NCBI GenBank assembly: GCA_964605705.1
Contig: CAZSDW010000010.1
Span: 28,879 to 92,878, forward strand
Length of the DNA: 64,000 bases
Direction of reading: 5' to 3'
Source of the DNA: an uncultured bacterium
Lineage (GTDB): Bacteria > Fidelibacterota > UBA2242
Positions 18,999-29,487 of the stretch are shown here, piece after piece; the stretch's first letter is position 1; every line of letters starts with the position of its first letter. Both the position numbers and the translations under genes were made by a program. The notes under the pieces were generated by a model, which was not told the DNA's origin, made no database searches, and worked only from the letters and a program-made list of their open reading frames with translations.

Positions 18999-20636
18999 AT
19001 GTTCACTATTTGCCTGATTCAACCACCTGTCGAAGATTTCTATGCAACCCCGATCCGGAATATTCCCCTGGGATTGCTGTCCATCGGCACTGTCCTGAAA
19101 GCCAAAAACAATGTCGGTCTACTGGATCTCCGGCAACAGAAACAGCGCCGGAAATCCATTCCGGAAGAATTAACCGATGTCACTATCTATTATCGGTTTG
19201 AGGACGCTTCACCCTTTTCACTCTATAAATCTTATTCACGATATGGAGCCAACTTCGACGATATCGCCCGTTTGATTCCCGCTGCTGCAGATGTTTTCCT
19301 GGTGTCTGCGCTTTTCAGCACCTATATCCATGAAGCCCTGGAAGTCATCCGGCTAATCCGGCAGAATAATAATCGGGCAACCATTATCGCCGGTGGTTCC
19401 GGGGCTATGTTCCATTCAGATGTGTTTTTTAATGCCGGAACCGATTTCATTATACAGGGCGAGGGTGAAGTTGCTGTCGCCCGTTTACTCGATGAGCTGG
19501 AAAAATCTCAGCCTGATTTTGCCGCTGTTCCCAATTTAGTCTGGCGAAATGGTCGCGATATGATTCGGAATCCGTTAGAGATAATCACTGATATTGATCG
19601 ATTACCTTTTCCCGACTACACAATTCCCGGAACACCGGAATATATATTCAACAGAAAACGCCACGCCATGATCATGGCAAGCCGGGGCTGCCCGCATCGC
19701 TGCCGGTTTTGCTCCGTTCAGCAGGTATTTGGAATAAAATACCGTTCGCGCTCTGTGGAAAATGTCTTAGCGGAACTGGATGATAAAATCGGACAGGGCT
19801 TCCGGTCTTTTGATTTCGAAGATGATCATTTTGGCGGCAGCCGTCGCTGGCTGAACAATTTATTGGATGGGATTATCGAAAGGTTTTCCGGCTATGATCT
19901 GTCCTTCCAGGCAATGAACGGCATCACCGCCAGTAATCTCGATGAAATGCTTCTTGGGAAAATGAAAAAAGCCGGTTTTAAGTCAATCAACCTGTCGCTG
20001 GTCACCCCTGATCAGACCCGTCAGGATGCCCTGCAACGCCCCTTTGACACAGCGCAATTCAGTAAAATTGTCCGTTCCGCCCATGAGATCGGTTTGAAAA
20101 TAACCGCCTATCTGATCATCGGTCTGCCCGGCGATACTGTAAATGATAATTTTAAGTCCATTCTGTTTCTGGCGGATTTGCCGGTACTTATCGGACCTTC
20201 CCTGTTTTACCTGGTCCCCGGAACGCCGATTTTTGACGAACTGAAGGAAAAAGATCAAATCCCCAAATCGCCGCGCTGCTACCGTTCCAGCTATTTTCCC
20301 TTTGAGCAACCGGATTTTTCACGATGCTCAGCGATGACCCTTTTTCGCATCTGCCGGATTCTCAACTTTATCAAAGCCGCCCGGGAATATGAGTATCATC
20401 CCACAGACTATTTCGTCAAGAATAATCACATTATTTTACCCGAAGCACTGAATGGCAGACAGTCCCAGATTACCCTTGGTTTTGCCCTGCTGGATATTCT
20501 GAAAAATACCGGTATCCTCTACGGCACAGCTAAAAAGACGAAGAGTCAATACCCACTGGTCGCGGAAAAAGTTGACGAGAAACTGTTCCGCCTTTTCCTC
20601 AGTTCCTGCTCAAAATATTTACAGCATCTATATTAG
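18999..20636 (+). CDS. B12-binding domain radical SAM protein
   Basis: N-terminal cobalamin-binding-like domain, SRGCPHRCRFC CxxxCxxC motif, FEDD, LIIGLPGD. Confidence 0.85.
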   Translation: MFTICLIQPPVEDFYATPIRNIPLGLLSIGTVLKAKNNVGLLDLRQQKQRRKSIPEELTDVTIYYRFEDASPFSLYKSYSRYGANFDDIARLIPAAADVFLVSALFSTYIHEALEVIRLIRQNNNRATIIAGGSGAMFHSDVFFNAGTDFIIQGEGEVAVARLLDELEKSQPDFAAVPNLVWRNGRDMIRNPLEIITDIDRLPFPDYTIPGTPEYIFNRKRHAMIMASRGCPHRCRFCSVQQVFGIKYRSRSVENVLAELDDKIGQGFRSFDFEDDHFGGSRRWLNNLLDGIIERFSGYDLSFQAMNGITASNLDEMLLGKMKKAGFKSINLSLVTPDQTRQDALQRPFDTAQFSKIVRSAHEIGLKITAYLIIGLPGDTVNDNFKSILFLADLPVLIGPSLFYLVPGTPIFDELKEKDQIPKSPRCYRSSYFPFEQPDFSRCSAMTLFRICRILNFIKAAREYEYHPTDYFVKNNHIILPEALNGRQSQITLGFALLDILKNTGILYGTAKKTKSQYPLVAEKVDEKLFRLFLSSCSKYLQHLY

Positions 20637-20641
20637 CGGAA

Positions 20642-22105
20642 TTATAATCCCATTTCCGTCATTGCCTGTTCAATCAGTTTATCACTGACTTTCTGGATCG
20701 CCCGGGTTCCGGCAGCTTCCTCGGAATTGCCGGCATTTTTATCCTCGATCATATAATTGCCGACTACGGTTTTCATCTGAATATTATAAACCTTGAGTGT
20801 CCCACGCGCCTTGGCAAAGTAAAAACCATCCTGGATTTTATTTGTCTGACCCGACGAAACAGTTCCGAGAATGACAAGATCTGCACCTGTATTACTCACC
20901 ATATTGGCGATTTTTTCCGCCTGGTCGGTCAAACCGTACTCGTTAAGTTGGCTAAAAGGATTGTTCTCAAGCACTTTAAAACCCACCGCGGTCATTTTTT
21001 CCAAAAGAGCATTCTCGAGATAAGAAATTTCCACCGCTTTACCGAGATTGCTCTCAATAATTTTCACCATGACTTTGTTATCCGGCAGCAGCGAAAAGGT
21101 ATATTGATTATTACTGATTTTCAACGCTTCGGGAAGCTGCACCGTCGCCCGGATATCGACATTTCCGGCAGAAACGAAATTTTTGATAAAACAGAAAGCA
21201 TTACCATCCTGGTCGGTTTTGGATTTTAATTCCATGGTAACCTTGCCCCGCAGTACGGTAAATTCCACATCGAGATCCGGCAGGGGATAGCGTTGTTCAC
21301 CATCCATCCAATAGACTGAAACGGTCAGAGGCTTAGCCAATGGCAGACCCATCTTAGCCGGTTGATCGGCACCGCTGCCAACAATCCGGATGCTAGCCGG
21401 AATCTGTTCCATGGTTGCCGCGATCTTCTCTTTAAAACTATTCAGCAGACCGAGTTCCTGAGGTGACAAGCCGGTAAATTTTGTCATCGGTAATATATTT
21501 GCCTGGACAGTATTCATCTGGTCCAGCGCCAAGGTAATTTGTCCCTGATGAGCCAGCTCCAGAGATTCTTCAAAACGGCTTTTACCGAGAGTAACTGTTT
21601 CATCGATCATTTCTTTCATAAACCGCTTATGATTCTCTTCGGAAAAGGGTACCGCCACAAACACCTGGTATTCAACCTGAGATTTGAAGCCGTCCTTAAT
21701 TTTCCACTCTTCGACAAAAACCTCCTGCGGTTTGACAGCAATTATATTCCGGGATACCACTTTAATTCGGGAACTGGTGAAGGCATCAACGGAGGTGACT
21801 TCCGAAGTTTTTTCGATGATCTGGTCAACATATTCGCTTTCAATAATGCCCCCCAGCGTTTCGATAATTTGCCGTTTGGCGTCCGCCAGGGCATCCGCGC
21901 GGGCATCGGTTTCATTGGAAAACCGATGGGAAATTCCGACGTAAATTCCCGGTTGGACTTTATCCACCCATTTGGGACGTGGTTCTTTTGTCACCCGTTT
22001 TTGCGCATACAGAATGTCACCGCTAGCTATAAGAAGCAGTAAAAAAGTCAGAATGTAACTCAAAAATCGTGTAAAATATTGCCTTGAGTCATCGCTAATT
22101 TTCAT
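20642..22105 (-). CDS. secreted hypothetical protein (LPP20-like N-terminus, Ig-like middle, CsgG/FlgT-like C-terminus)
   Basis: signal peptide; PKWV...ARADALADAKRQI; TDQDGNA; ADLVILGTVSS; domain names are pattern-level only. Confidence 0.55.
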   Translation of the reverse strand: MKISDDSRQYFTRFLSYILTFLLLLIASGDILYAQKRVTKEPRPKWVDKVQPGIYVGISHRFSNETDARADALADAKRQIIETLGGIIESEYVDQIIEKTSEVTSVDAFTSSRIKVVSRNIIAVKPQEVFVEEWKIKDGFKSQVEYQVFVAVPFSEENHKRFMKEMIDETVTLGKSRFEESLELAHQGQITLALDQMNTVQANILPMTKFTGLSPQELGLLNSFKEKIAATMEQIPASIRIVGSGADQPAKMGLPLAKPLTVSVYWMDGEQRYPLPDLDVEFTVLRGKVTMELKSKTDQDGNAFCFIKNFVSAGNVDIRATVQLPEALKISNNQYTFSLLPDNKVMVKIIESNLGKAVEISYLENALLEKMTAVGFKVLENNPFSQLNEYGLTDQAEKIANMVSNTGADLVILGTVSSGQTNKIQDGFYFAKARGTLKVYNIQMKTVVGNYMIEDKNAGNSEEAAGTRAIQKVSDKLIEQAMTEMGL

Positions 22106-22302
22106 TTTTACCCCGTCAACTTTTTAAAATTCAAATAAGAATAACCAGAAATTCCCATAATTTCAATCAAAAGATTTTCATTCCCCATGATTGTCCGTTT
22201 CATGTATCTCTGGAATTTAGTATATTCATGGCATATTATGCACAAGAAAGCGTTAAAAAACTACAAAACATTCATACTTCTGAAAGTGAGGGAAATCAAG
22301 GC

Positions 22303-23148
22303 ATGAAGGTTTTTAAGATTCTTTCAATTGCTATTATCTTTTTACTTTCAACATTGACAGTTGCTCAATTTGTCGATGTGTTCATCGAGATATCTGTCGA
22401 TCGAATGCCTGAAAAAGAGCGCAACGATCTCAAGACCCTCGAACAGATGATCCCGTTTTATTTTAAAAATTATGACTGGTTTGACAACAGCTACGGTATT
22501 GAAATCCCGATCAAGATCAGCATGTTCCCGGAAGCCGTCAATTCCAGCGGTTTTGAACGGATGTTTTCCTCTCAGATTTTTATTTCCACCGAATCCGGCG
22601 ATCAGCGCTTTTTCGAGAAAAGTTTCAAATTCGTCTATAATACCAATGATCCCCTGATGCACTCCGAACTGATTCAGCCCCTGACCGGTACTTTTGATTT
22701 CTATGGGTATATGCTCATTGCCGGCGAGCTGGATACTTATGATCCGCTGGGCGGAAACACCATGTACGACATCGCCCGGGAAATCGCCACCAGAGGACAG
22801 GTTTCCGAACGTCCGACAGGATGGAAGCAGCGTTTGCGCGAACTGGATGAAATTCTGCGCCTGCGAGACTACCGCCTGAGTAAATATTACTACTGGCAGA
22901 GTATCGACATGATCGATCAGGAAAAGCCGCAAGAGGTTTTGAACGCACTGAATAAAATGATCGAGCATCTTGGCAAGATGTTCGAGGTCAACGCCCGCGA
23001 AAGATACACCCATATTTTTCTGGATGTTCACGCCCGGGATATCGCTGAAATTATCCGGGATTTCGGAACCCCGGAAATGCTGGTAAAAATCATTGAACTG
23101 GATCCCGACAATGAAGCTATCTATAAAAAACTGGGCACATCCGGATAA
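22303..23148 (+). CDS. DUF4835-family protein (PorD-like, T9SS-associated)
   Basis: signal peptide MKVFKILSIAIIFLLSTLTVAQ; LTGTFDFYGYMLIAGELDTYDPLGG resembles the family core; start 22303 (track 22228). Confidence 0.65.
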   Translation: MKVFKILSIAIIFLLSTLTVAQFVDVFIEISVDRMPEKERNDLKTLEQMIPFYFKNYDWFDNSYGIEIPIKISMFPEAVNSSGFERMFSSQIFISTESGDQRFFEKSFKFVYNTNDPLMHSELIQPLTGTFDFYGYMLIAGELDTYDPLGGNTMYDIAREIATRGQVSERPTGWKQRLRELDEILRLRDYRLSKYYYWQSIDMIDQEKPQEVLNALNKMIEHLGKMFEVNARERYTHIFLDVHARDIAEIIRDFGTPEMLVKIIELDPDNEAIYKKLGTSG

Positions 23149-23155
23149 TCGGGTA

Positions 23156-24199
23156 TTATTTTAGTATATCGAGATAACGTTTTTTCTTCAATAAATAAAA
23201 TCCCAATGCAATCGAACCGTGGTACAACCGATCCATGATCTTGCGGTCAGGCACAATCCGCAGGGATTTGACTAACCGGCGTTTGCGAATGGCAAATCCC
23301 GGGTGAGCAAGTATCCAGAGGTGCGCTTTCAGAATCGCCAGCACTCTGCCCCAGTCCCACTTCAGCAGCGAATACGCCAGCGCCATAAGATCAAGCAGTA
23401 AGCGAATCGGGGCAAGATACAGCATCACGGGCAATTGATAATTGGCTAAAAGCGTCAGCAGACTATTACGATGATTGAGGTATTTTTTAAACGGTGATTC
23501 AGCACCCAGTGTGAAACCGGAGCGATGCCAGACAAGCGACTTTGGTTCAATGGCAATGTCATAGCCCATCAATTGAATTCGCCACTGCAAATCGATTTCT
23601 TCCATATGGGCAAAAAAGGTTTCATCCAGAAGCCCGGCTTTTTTTACAATCTCGGTCCGGGCTAAAAATGCCGTACCCGACGCCCAGAAGATGCGATCGG
23701 AAAATGAATCATACTGACCGAAATCTTTTTCGATAAATTCTGCCACCCGACCATGAGCAAAAGGAAATGCAAAAATATCCATCTCCCCGCCGCAAGCACC
23801 GGAATAATCGAAGTATTCACGGTTTTGATAAGACCGGATTTTCGGCTGGACGACTGCGATTTTCGGATCGCTTTCCAGCTTTTCCAGGAGCAATTCAATC
23901 CAGCCAGCCTGATGAATCGTATCATTGTTCAGAATCAAAATATAGGGAGTCCCGGCTGCCCGGATTCCGGCGTTGCAGCCACCGGCAAATCCCAGATTCT
24001 TTTCTAACTTCAGGATTTCGACTGCGGGGAATTCTGTCTCGACCAGCTTAATACTGGCGTCAGTCGAGGCATTATCTACCAGAATTGTATGAATGTTCAG
24101 GGTTGTCGATTTATACAGGGAAATGAGGCAATCCCGCAGGATATCCACCCCATTATAATGGGGAATAATAACGCTTATATCTGTATCGGGTCGATTCAA
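23156..24199 (-). CDS. glycosyltransferase family 2
   Basis: ISVIIPHYN, VDNASTD, NLGFAGGCN, LNND, EEIDL. Confidence 0.9.
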   Translation of the reverse strand: MNRPDTDISVIIPHYNGVDILRDCLISLYKSTTLNIHTILVDNASTDASIKLVETEFPAVEILKLEKNLGFAGGCNAGIRAAGTPYILILNNDTIHQAGWIELLLEKLESDPKIAVVQPKIRSYQNREYFDYSGACGGEMDIFAFPFAHGRVAEFIEKDFGQYDSFSDRIFWASGTAFLARTEIVKKAGLLDETFFAHMEEIDLQWRIQLMGYDIAIEPKSLVWHRSGFTLGAESPFKKYLNHRNSLLTLLANYQLPVMLYLAPIRLLLDLMALAYSLLKWDWGRVLAILKAHLWILAHPGFAIRKRRLVKSLRIVPDRKIMDRLYHGSIALGFYLLKKKRYLDILK

Positions 24200-24211
24200 T
24201 CAGCTCCGGAT

Positions 24212-27034
24212 TTAATTTATTTCCTGCGGAACGACGAGAGAATCGGCTGAAATCGCCGGAATCCGGGATTGATACTGATCGCGCATCATCACCGCATTTT
24301 TATCAGTCGGATGGACAATCAGCCAATTGTCCAGCAAGCGTGTCGCCGCTTCAAAATCATCGGACTCTTCATACAGCTTAACCATTAAACTGACCAGCTC
24401 AACATTAGACTGGTTGGTCGTATAAACCGGTTCGAGAATTGCGAGAGCAGATTGCACATCTTTCAGATACTGATAATAAATAGTCGCATACTTGATTTTC
24501 TTTTTATCGCTGATTCGCGGCTGGGACAGCAGCTTATCCAGGCGTTTCTTCAACTCTTCTGAACGTCCGCCCTCACTGTACAGCATCCCTAACTGAATAT
24601 AGGTGTCTTCATTCCCGATGGGAAGCAGATCCTCCGGCATATAGGCGTTCATGGAATCCAGAACCGCCAGCATGCCATCCGTCTGCCCGGAGTAAAATTT
24701 GTCCACAGCCACCTGGAAAAAGGCTGCCCGGTAATTGCCAATCAGTTTTGTAATGGTATCATTGAAATAGACTTTGGGATTATCGAGATTTCGATAGCGG
24801 TACAGATTTAAAAGATTGTCTTCGATTTTGGCAATATCCGTACGCTTCACCTCTTCCGGAAACACCTGAAAAGCCAAGCCCTGCATCTGCAGATATTTTT
24901 CCATCCCGAGACGATTGCCCGGAGAAACCGTGGTAGCAAAATAGATCGGCTTCTCCCAGTTGTTGGCTTCCAGAATCTGCAGAATCATAATATCCTGAAC
25001 CCGCAGACCCTGCCCCATAATCGTGGGTTTCAAATCCCATTCCATCTCTTCCAGATCACTCCCGGGAGGCGGTGAGATTTTGACCTTTTTGGCTTTCCAG
25101 GGAATCACGGTCAAACGATCGATGTCAGCATCACTCAGCCGACCGAGCGGTATTTTGGGCTCGTTATCGCGCAATTGTTTAATGTACCACTGCGTATTCA
25201 GCAGGCTCAGATTGACAACGCGCACATCCTTGCGGACGCCCTCAACCTCCTGCATATACCAGACCGGGAAGGTGTCATTATCTCCATTGGTAAAAATGAC
25301 GCCGTTCGGTTCGCAACTCTGCAGCAGATTCCAGGAATAATCCCAGGCAACGTAATTTCCCTTGCGATTATGCTCATGATAATTGGCAACCAGGACATTG
25401 ACCGGTAATACCAGTAACAATAATATTGTCACGGCATAGGTCAACGGTTTTCGCATTTTTTCATTTTTGAATTCAATCAAATGACTGATCAGGGCTGAGG
25501 CACCGATACCGATCCAGATGGCAAATGCAAAAAATGATCCCACATATGAGTAATCCCGCTCCCGGGGTTGCGGATCATCCTGATTCAGATAGAGGATGAT
25601 CATCAGCCCGGTAAAGATAAACAGCGCCAGCACGGAAAGCGCTTTATTTTTATCCTTGTTAAAATGAACCAGCAACCCATACAAACCCACCAGGAACGGA
25701 AACGGCAGGAAAAACTGAAACGGGTCCACATTGACATCCTTGCGTCCGATAAACTGCCAGTTGAAATAACGGATATACATCTGTTTGATCTGATAATTCC
25801 ATAAGTAATTCCAACCGCTTTTACCTTTCCAGCGATAATCAGCTTCCGGTTTCCAGACTTTTCGATTGAAAATGTCAGTAAATTCGCGACGCCCATACTG
25901 TTCACGTTCCAGATAGGCGACCGCCTGATGGGTCGTCTCGGGATCATTTTCATCGATAGCGGGATTTTGATTACTGCGGATAAATATCGTCGTGTAAGAT
26001 GAATAACCGACCATTATCAATATCAGCGACATCAGCGCCAATGATACAATATGATGTTTTTTACGAATTGCCCAAGCCGTAACACCAAAAACGATCAGTA
26101 CGACAATTCCTATCGCGGCGATTCCAAAACTATCCGCAATATTGGGAATACCCCGGATGACACCCCCATTGATTAACAGAAATATTGCGGAGGCAGTCGT
26201 AGCCATAAGAACCGTTTTACTATGCTCCCTGATACGATCACTCTGCGATTTCAGATACATGGGAATGTAAATCCCGACAAAGGATCCAAGCGTTAAAATT
26301 CCCTGCGCAGTAAAGGATTTTGTGATGAGTGCCCGCCAAAAAACAAATAAGATCGACACAACAGCTACACCGATGATGACATCGGCGACCAGCCAGCCAA
26401 TATTGGATATTTTGGTCCGTTTAAAATAGATGATCAGTGCGATGAAGAATATCGCCAGCAGATTCAGCAGGTGGATTCCCATTGCCAACCCCAGAATATA
26501 GGCAATCAGCAGCAGGTATTTCTCATGCCCCGGTTTATCGGCGCGCTGCTCCCAGAAAAGAATCAGCCAGACAACGATAGCCGTCAAGAACGTGGAATAG
26601 GCATAGACCTCGGCTTCAACGGCATTGAACCAGTGGCTGTCGGTAAAGGCAAACGTCATCGCTCCGATGAAAGCGCCGCCATACACTGCCATTTTATGCA
26701 ATACCGTCACCGGCTTGCCCCAACTTTTCAACAGCTGCACAATAATCAAAAACAGAAACATCACGGCAAAGGAGCTGGCTAACGGCGACATTAAATTCAC
26801 CCGATAGCCAATATCGCTGCCGATCGGCAACATCGCAAAGAAGCGCCCCAGCAACAAGTAAAGCGGACTCCCCGGCGGGTGCGGTACGCCCAGAATATAA
26901 GATGTAGCAATAAACTCACCGCAGTCCCAGAACGACACCGTCGGTGCCATCGTATCCATATAGACAATCCAGCTGAGAAAAAATGTCAGCAGCGCCAGAA
27001 TAACCTTTACTTTGTTGTTTTTCAGAATATCCAT
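24212..27034 (-). CDS. DUF2723 (TMEM260-like) multi-pass membrane protein, putative GT-C glycosyltransferase, TPR-like C-terminus
   Basis: FWDCGEF, GVPHPPGSPLY, EAEVY, GIHLLNL, RERDYS, FTNGDNDTFP motifs; many TM segments. Confidence 0.85.
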   Translation of the reverse strand: MDILKNNKVKVILALLTFFLSWIVYMDTMAPTVSFWDCGEFIATSYILGVPHPPGSPLYLLLGRFFAMLPIGSDIGYRVNLMSPLASSFAVMFLFLIIVQLLKSWGKPVTVLHKMAVYGGAFIGAMTFAFTDSHWFNAVEAEVYAYSTFLTAIVVWLILFWEQRADKPGHEKYLLLIAYILGLAMGIHLLNLLAIFFIALIIYFKRTKISNIGWLVADVIIGVAVVSILFVFWRALITKSFTAQGILTLGSFVGIYIPMYLKSQSDRIREHSKTVLMATTASAIFLLINGGVIRGIPNIADSFGIAAIGIVVLIVFGVTAWAIRKKHHIVSLALMSLILIMVGYSSYTTIFIRSNQNPAIDENDPETTHQAVAYLEREQYGRREFTDIFNRKVWKPEADYRWKGKSGWNYLWNYQIKQMYIRYFNWQFIGRKDVNVDPFQFFLPFPFLVGLYGLLVHFNKDKNKALSVLALFIFTGLMIILYLNQDDPQPRERDYSYVGSFFAFAIWIGIGASALISHLIEFKNEKMRKPLTYAVTILLLLVLPVNVLVANYHEHNRKGNYVAWDYSWNLLQSCEPNGVIFTNGDNDTFPVWYMQEVEGVRKDVRVVNLSLLNTQWYIKQLRDNEPKIPLGRLSDADIDRLTVIPWKAKKVKISPPPGSDLEEMEWDLKPTIMGQGLRVQDIMILQILEANNWEKPIYFATTVSPGNRLGMEKYLQMQGLAFQVFPEEVKRTDIAKIEDNLLNLYRYRNLDNPKVYFNDTITKLIGNYRAAFFQVAVDKFYSGQTDGMLAVLDSMNAYMPEDLLPIGNEDTYIQLGMLYSEGGRSEELKKRLDKLLSQPRISDKKKIKYATIYYQYLKDVQSALAILEPVYTTNQSNVELVSLMVKLYEESDDFEAATRLLDNWLIVHPTDKNAVMMRDQYQSRIPAISADSLVVPQEIN

Positions 27035-27055
27035 GATAATCCTTATGTAAAAATT

Positions 27056-27355
27056 TTATTCGTTTTCGGACTTATTATCGGGAGAATGCTGCAGCTTCAA
27101 ATTAACAAAACTCATTTTCAATTCGGTGAGCGCCGAACTCATAATCTGCTGCTCATTATCCGAGAGGTTTCCCTGGGTCTTCTTTTCGAGCATCTCCAGC
27201 ATATCAATCGTGAATTTGGCTTCATCCAGATTGACAGCCGTTTTACCGGTCACCGGATTTTCCCGTTTACCCATCTGAATCCAGGCATTTGAAACAAAGG
27301 ATTGCAACAGTCCCAGGAACAACATCTGTTCGGTTTCCAGTGGATTTTCAGCCAT
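27056..27355 (-). CDS. DUF1844-family protein
   Basis: AWIQMGKRENPVTGK...AKFTIDMLEMLEKKTQGNL; start 27355 or 27361. Confidence 0.8.
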   Translation of the reverse strand: MAENPLETEQMLFLGLLQSFVSNAWIQMGKRENPVTGKTAVNLDEAKFTIDMLEMLEKKTQGNLSDNEQQIMSSALTELKMSFVNLKLQHSPDNKSENE

Positions 27356-27363
27356 CAACACCT

Positions 27364-29478
27364 CTATAAAACATCAACAAAATTCATGTATTCGGAATAA
27401 TTACTGACCAGATGATTCCGTACTGCAATATAATCAGGTTTTCGCAAATGTGGATCATTTTTTATTAATGTAAATGCTTCCCGGCGCGCCATTTTCAATA
27501 ATTCTCGATCTGTCAATAAATCTGCTATTTTCATCTTCGGAAAACCATGCTGGCGTGTTCCGTAAAATTCACCGGGACCGCGTAATTTAAGGTCTTGCTC
27601 CGATATTTCAAAACCGTTCGTCGTTCCGTTAATTATCTTCAGACGCTTGTGGGAAGCCTCGGTACGTTTGCGTTCAACCAGCACACAGACACCGTCTTTG
27701 CTGCCGCGCCCGATGCGACCCCGCAACTGATGAATCTGGGTCAGTCCAAAACGTTCGGCATTTTCAATAATCATGATGGTTGAATTGTGATTATCCACGC
27801 CAACTTCAATAACCGTTGTACTCACCAGAATGTCCACGGTTCCATCATTGAATTGTTGCATGACGGCATCTTTTTCAGTTGTTTTCATGCCGCCGTGTAA
27901 CAATGCCAGGCGAAACTCCGGAAAGACTTTTTCGTTCAAATATTCAAATCCCTGGACAGCCGCCTGTAAGTCCATTTTTGCGGATTCATCGATCAGGGGA
28001 TAGACAACATACGCCTGATCGCCTTTCCCGACCTGCTTGCGGATATAATCATAGACTTTATCCAGCTGATCGACATTCACCGTCCGGGTGATGATTTTAC
28101 CCTTACGAGCCGGCAGCTCATCCAGCACTGAAACATCCATATCGCCATAGAGAGTCATGCTCATGGTCCGCGGAATAGGAGTTGCTGTCATTACCAGCGT
28201 ATCGGGATTCAAGCCCTTTTCAATCAGCTGGCTCCTTTGGACTACTCCAAAGCGATGCTGCTCATCGATAATCACCAGCGCCAGTTTGCGAAACGCCACA
28301 TTCTCCTGGATCAAGGCATGGGTTCCAACGATCAATTCCGCCGTACCGTTTTCAATTTCCGTCAGAATTTCAGTTCTCTCCGACTTCTTCTGACCGCCGA
28401 TCAGCAAACGCACGGTGATACCCGCGGGCTTTCCCAGTTTCTGCAGATTTCGAAAATGCTGCTCTGCCAGAATTTCGGTCGGCGCCATAACTGCCGCCTG
28501 GTAACCATTCCCGATCGCAATGCTGGCAGACATCAACGCCACCACGGTCTTTCCCGATCCCACATCTCCCTGCAGCAGACGGTTCATCACCAGATCGGAT
28601 TTCATATCAGCCCAGATTTCACGGGTCACCTTTTTCTGGGCAGCCGTTAGTTCAAACGGCAGTTTCTCATAAATTTGCTTTAAATGAGTGCCCGCTCCAT
28701 CGTAACGCAGGCTTTTTTTCATCTCTTTGATACCACGTCGTTTGACTGCCAGCAACAGCTGCATGTAAAACAGCTCTTCAAATTTGAAGCGCCGGACGGC
28801 ATTTCCCAGCTGCTCCGGAGAATCGGGAAAATGGATCTGGCGCAGCGCATTATTGATTTCAACAAATTTTAGAGATGACATAATTTCGGGAGTAAGGATT
28901 TCCGGCAGTTTCCAGCTCACCTGCTCGAATACTTTATGAAACAAACGCCGGAATCCCCGGCTGTCCAGCCCGACATTTTTTAATTCAGCAGTCGAAGGAT
29001 AAAGCGGAATAATCCGGGCAGTATTCAGGGTACCGTATTCACTGCTCTCCAGAATGTCATAATCGGGATGGGCAAACTGCATCCCACCATAATACTCCAC
29101 TTTGCCGCTCAGGGCGACATGCTCACCGGCTTTGAAAATTCGCTGCATGTACTTCGCACCGTTAAACCAGATACAGCGTATCTGCCCGCTTTTATCGCCG
29201 ACAAGCAGTTGAAAATAAGAGCGTTTGCGGGCACGAACGGTATTTGCCGATAACACCTTTCCAACAATGGTAGCCTCCATCCCGGCGCGCAGGCTGGCAA
29301 TCGGTGTTATTGTACTGCGGTCCAGGTAGCGGCGGGGAAAGTGATAGAGCAGATCCAGAAAGGTCCGAATCCCGGATTTCTCAAGCGCTTCAGCCCGTTT
29401 CGGACCGACCCCTTTAACATAAGTTATCGGTATATCACTTTGGAGTTTATATGCTCTTGCTGCTGGTTCCTGGCTCAA
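27364..29478 (-). CDS. recG: ATP-dependent DNA helicase RecG
   Basis: LLQGDVGSGKT, DEQHRFG, MTATPIPRT, STTVIEVGVD, HQLRGRIGRG, DLKLRGPGE. Confidence 0.96.
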   Translation of the reverse strand: MSQEPAARAYKLQSDIPITYVKGVGPKRAEALEKSGIRTFLDLLYHFPRRYLDRSTITPIASLRAGMEATIVGKVLSANTVRARKRSYFQLLVGDKSGQIRCIWFNGAKYMQRIFKAGEHVALSGKVEYYGGMQFAHPDYDILESSEYGTLNTARIIPLYPSTAELKNVGLDSRGFRRLFHKVFEQVSWKLPEILTPEIMSSLKFVEINNALRQIHFPDSPEQLGNAVRRFKFEELFYMQLLLAVKRRGIKEMKKSLRYDGAGTHLKQIYEKLPFELTAAQKKVTREIWADMKSDLVMNRLLQGDVGSGKTVVALMSASIAIGNGYQAAVMAPTEILAEQHFRNLQKLGKPAGITVRLLIGGQKKSERTEILTEIENGTAELIVGTHALIQENVAFRKLALVIIDEQHRFGVVQRSQLIEKGLNPDTLVMTATPIPRTMSMTLYGDMDVSVLDELPARKGKIITRTVNVDQLDKVYDYIRKQVGKGDQAYVVYPLIDESAKMDLQAAVQGFEYLNEKVFPEFRLALLHGGMKTTEKDAVMQQFNDGTVDILVSTTVIEVGVDNHNSTIMIIENAERFGLTQIHQLRGRIGRGSKDGVCVLVERKRTEASHKRLKIINGTTNGFEISEQDLKLRGPGEFYGTRQHGFPKMKIADLLTDRELLKMARREAFTLIKNDPHLRKPDYIAVRNHLVSNYSEYMNFVDVL

Positions 29479-29487
29479 TGCAAAAAA

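Noticed and set aside
18734-19006. 90-aa minus-strand ORF
   Set aside because: No motif or RBS and overlaps the radical SAM start; at most a decayed fragment
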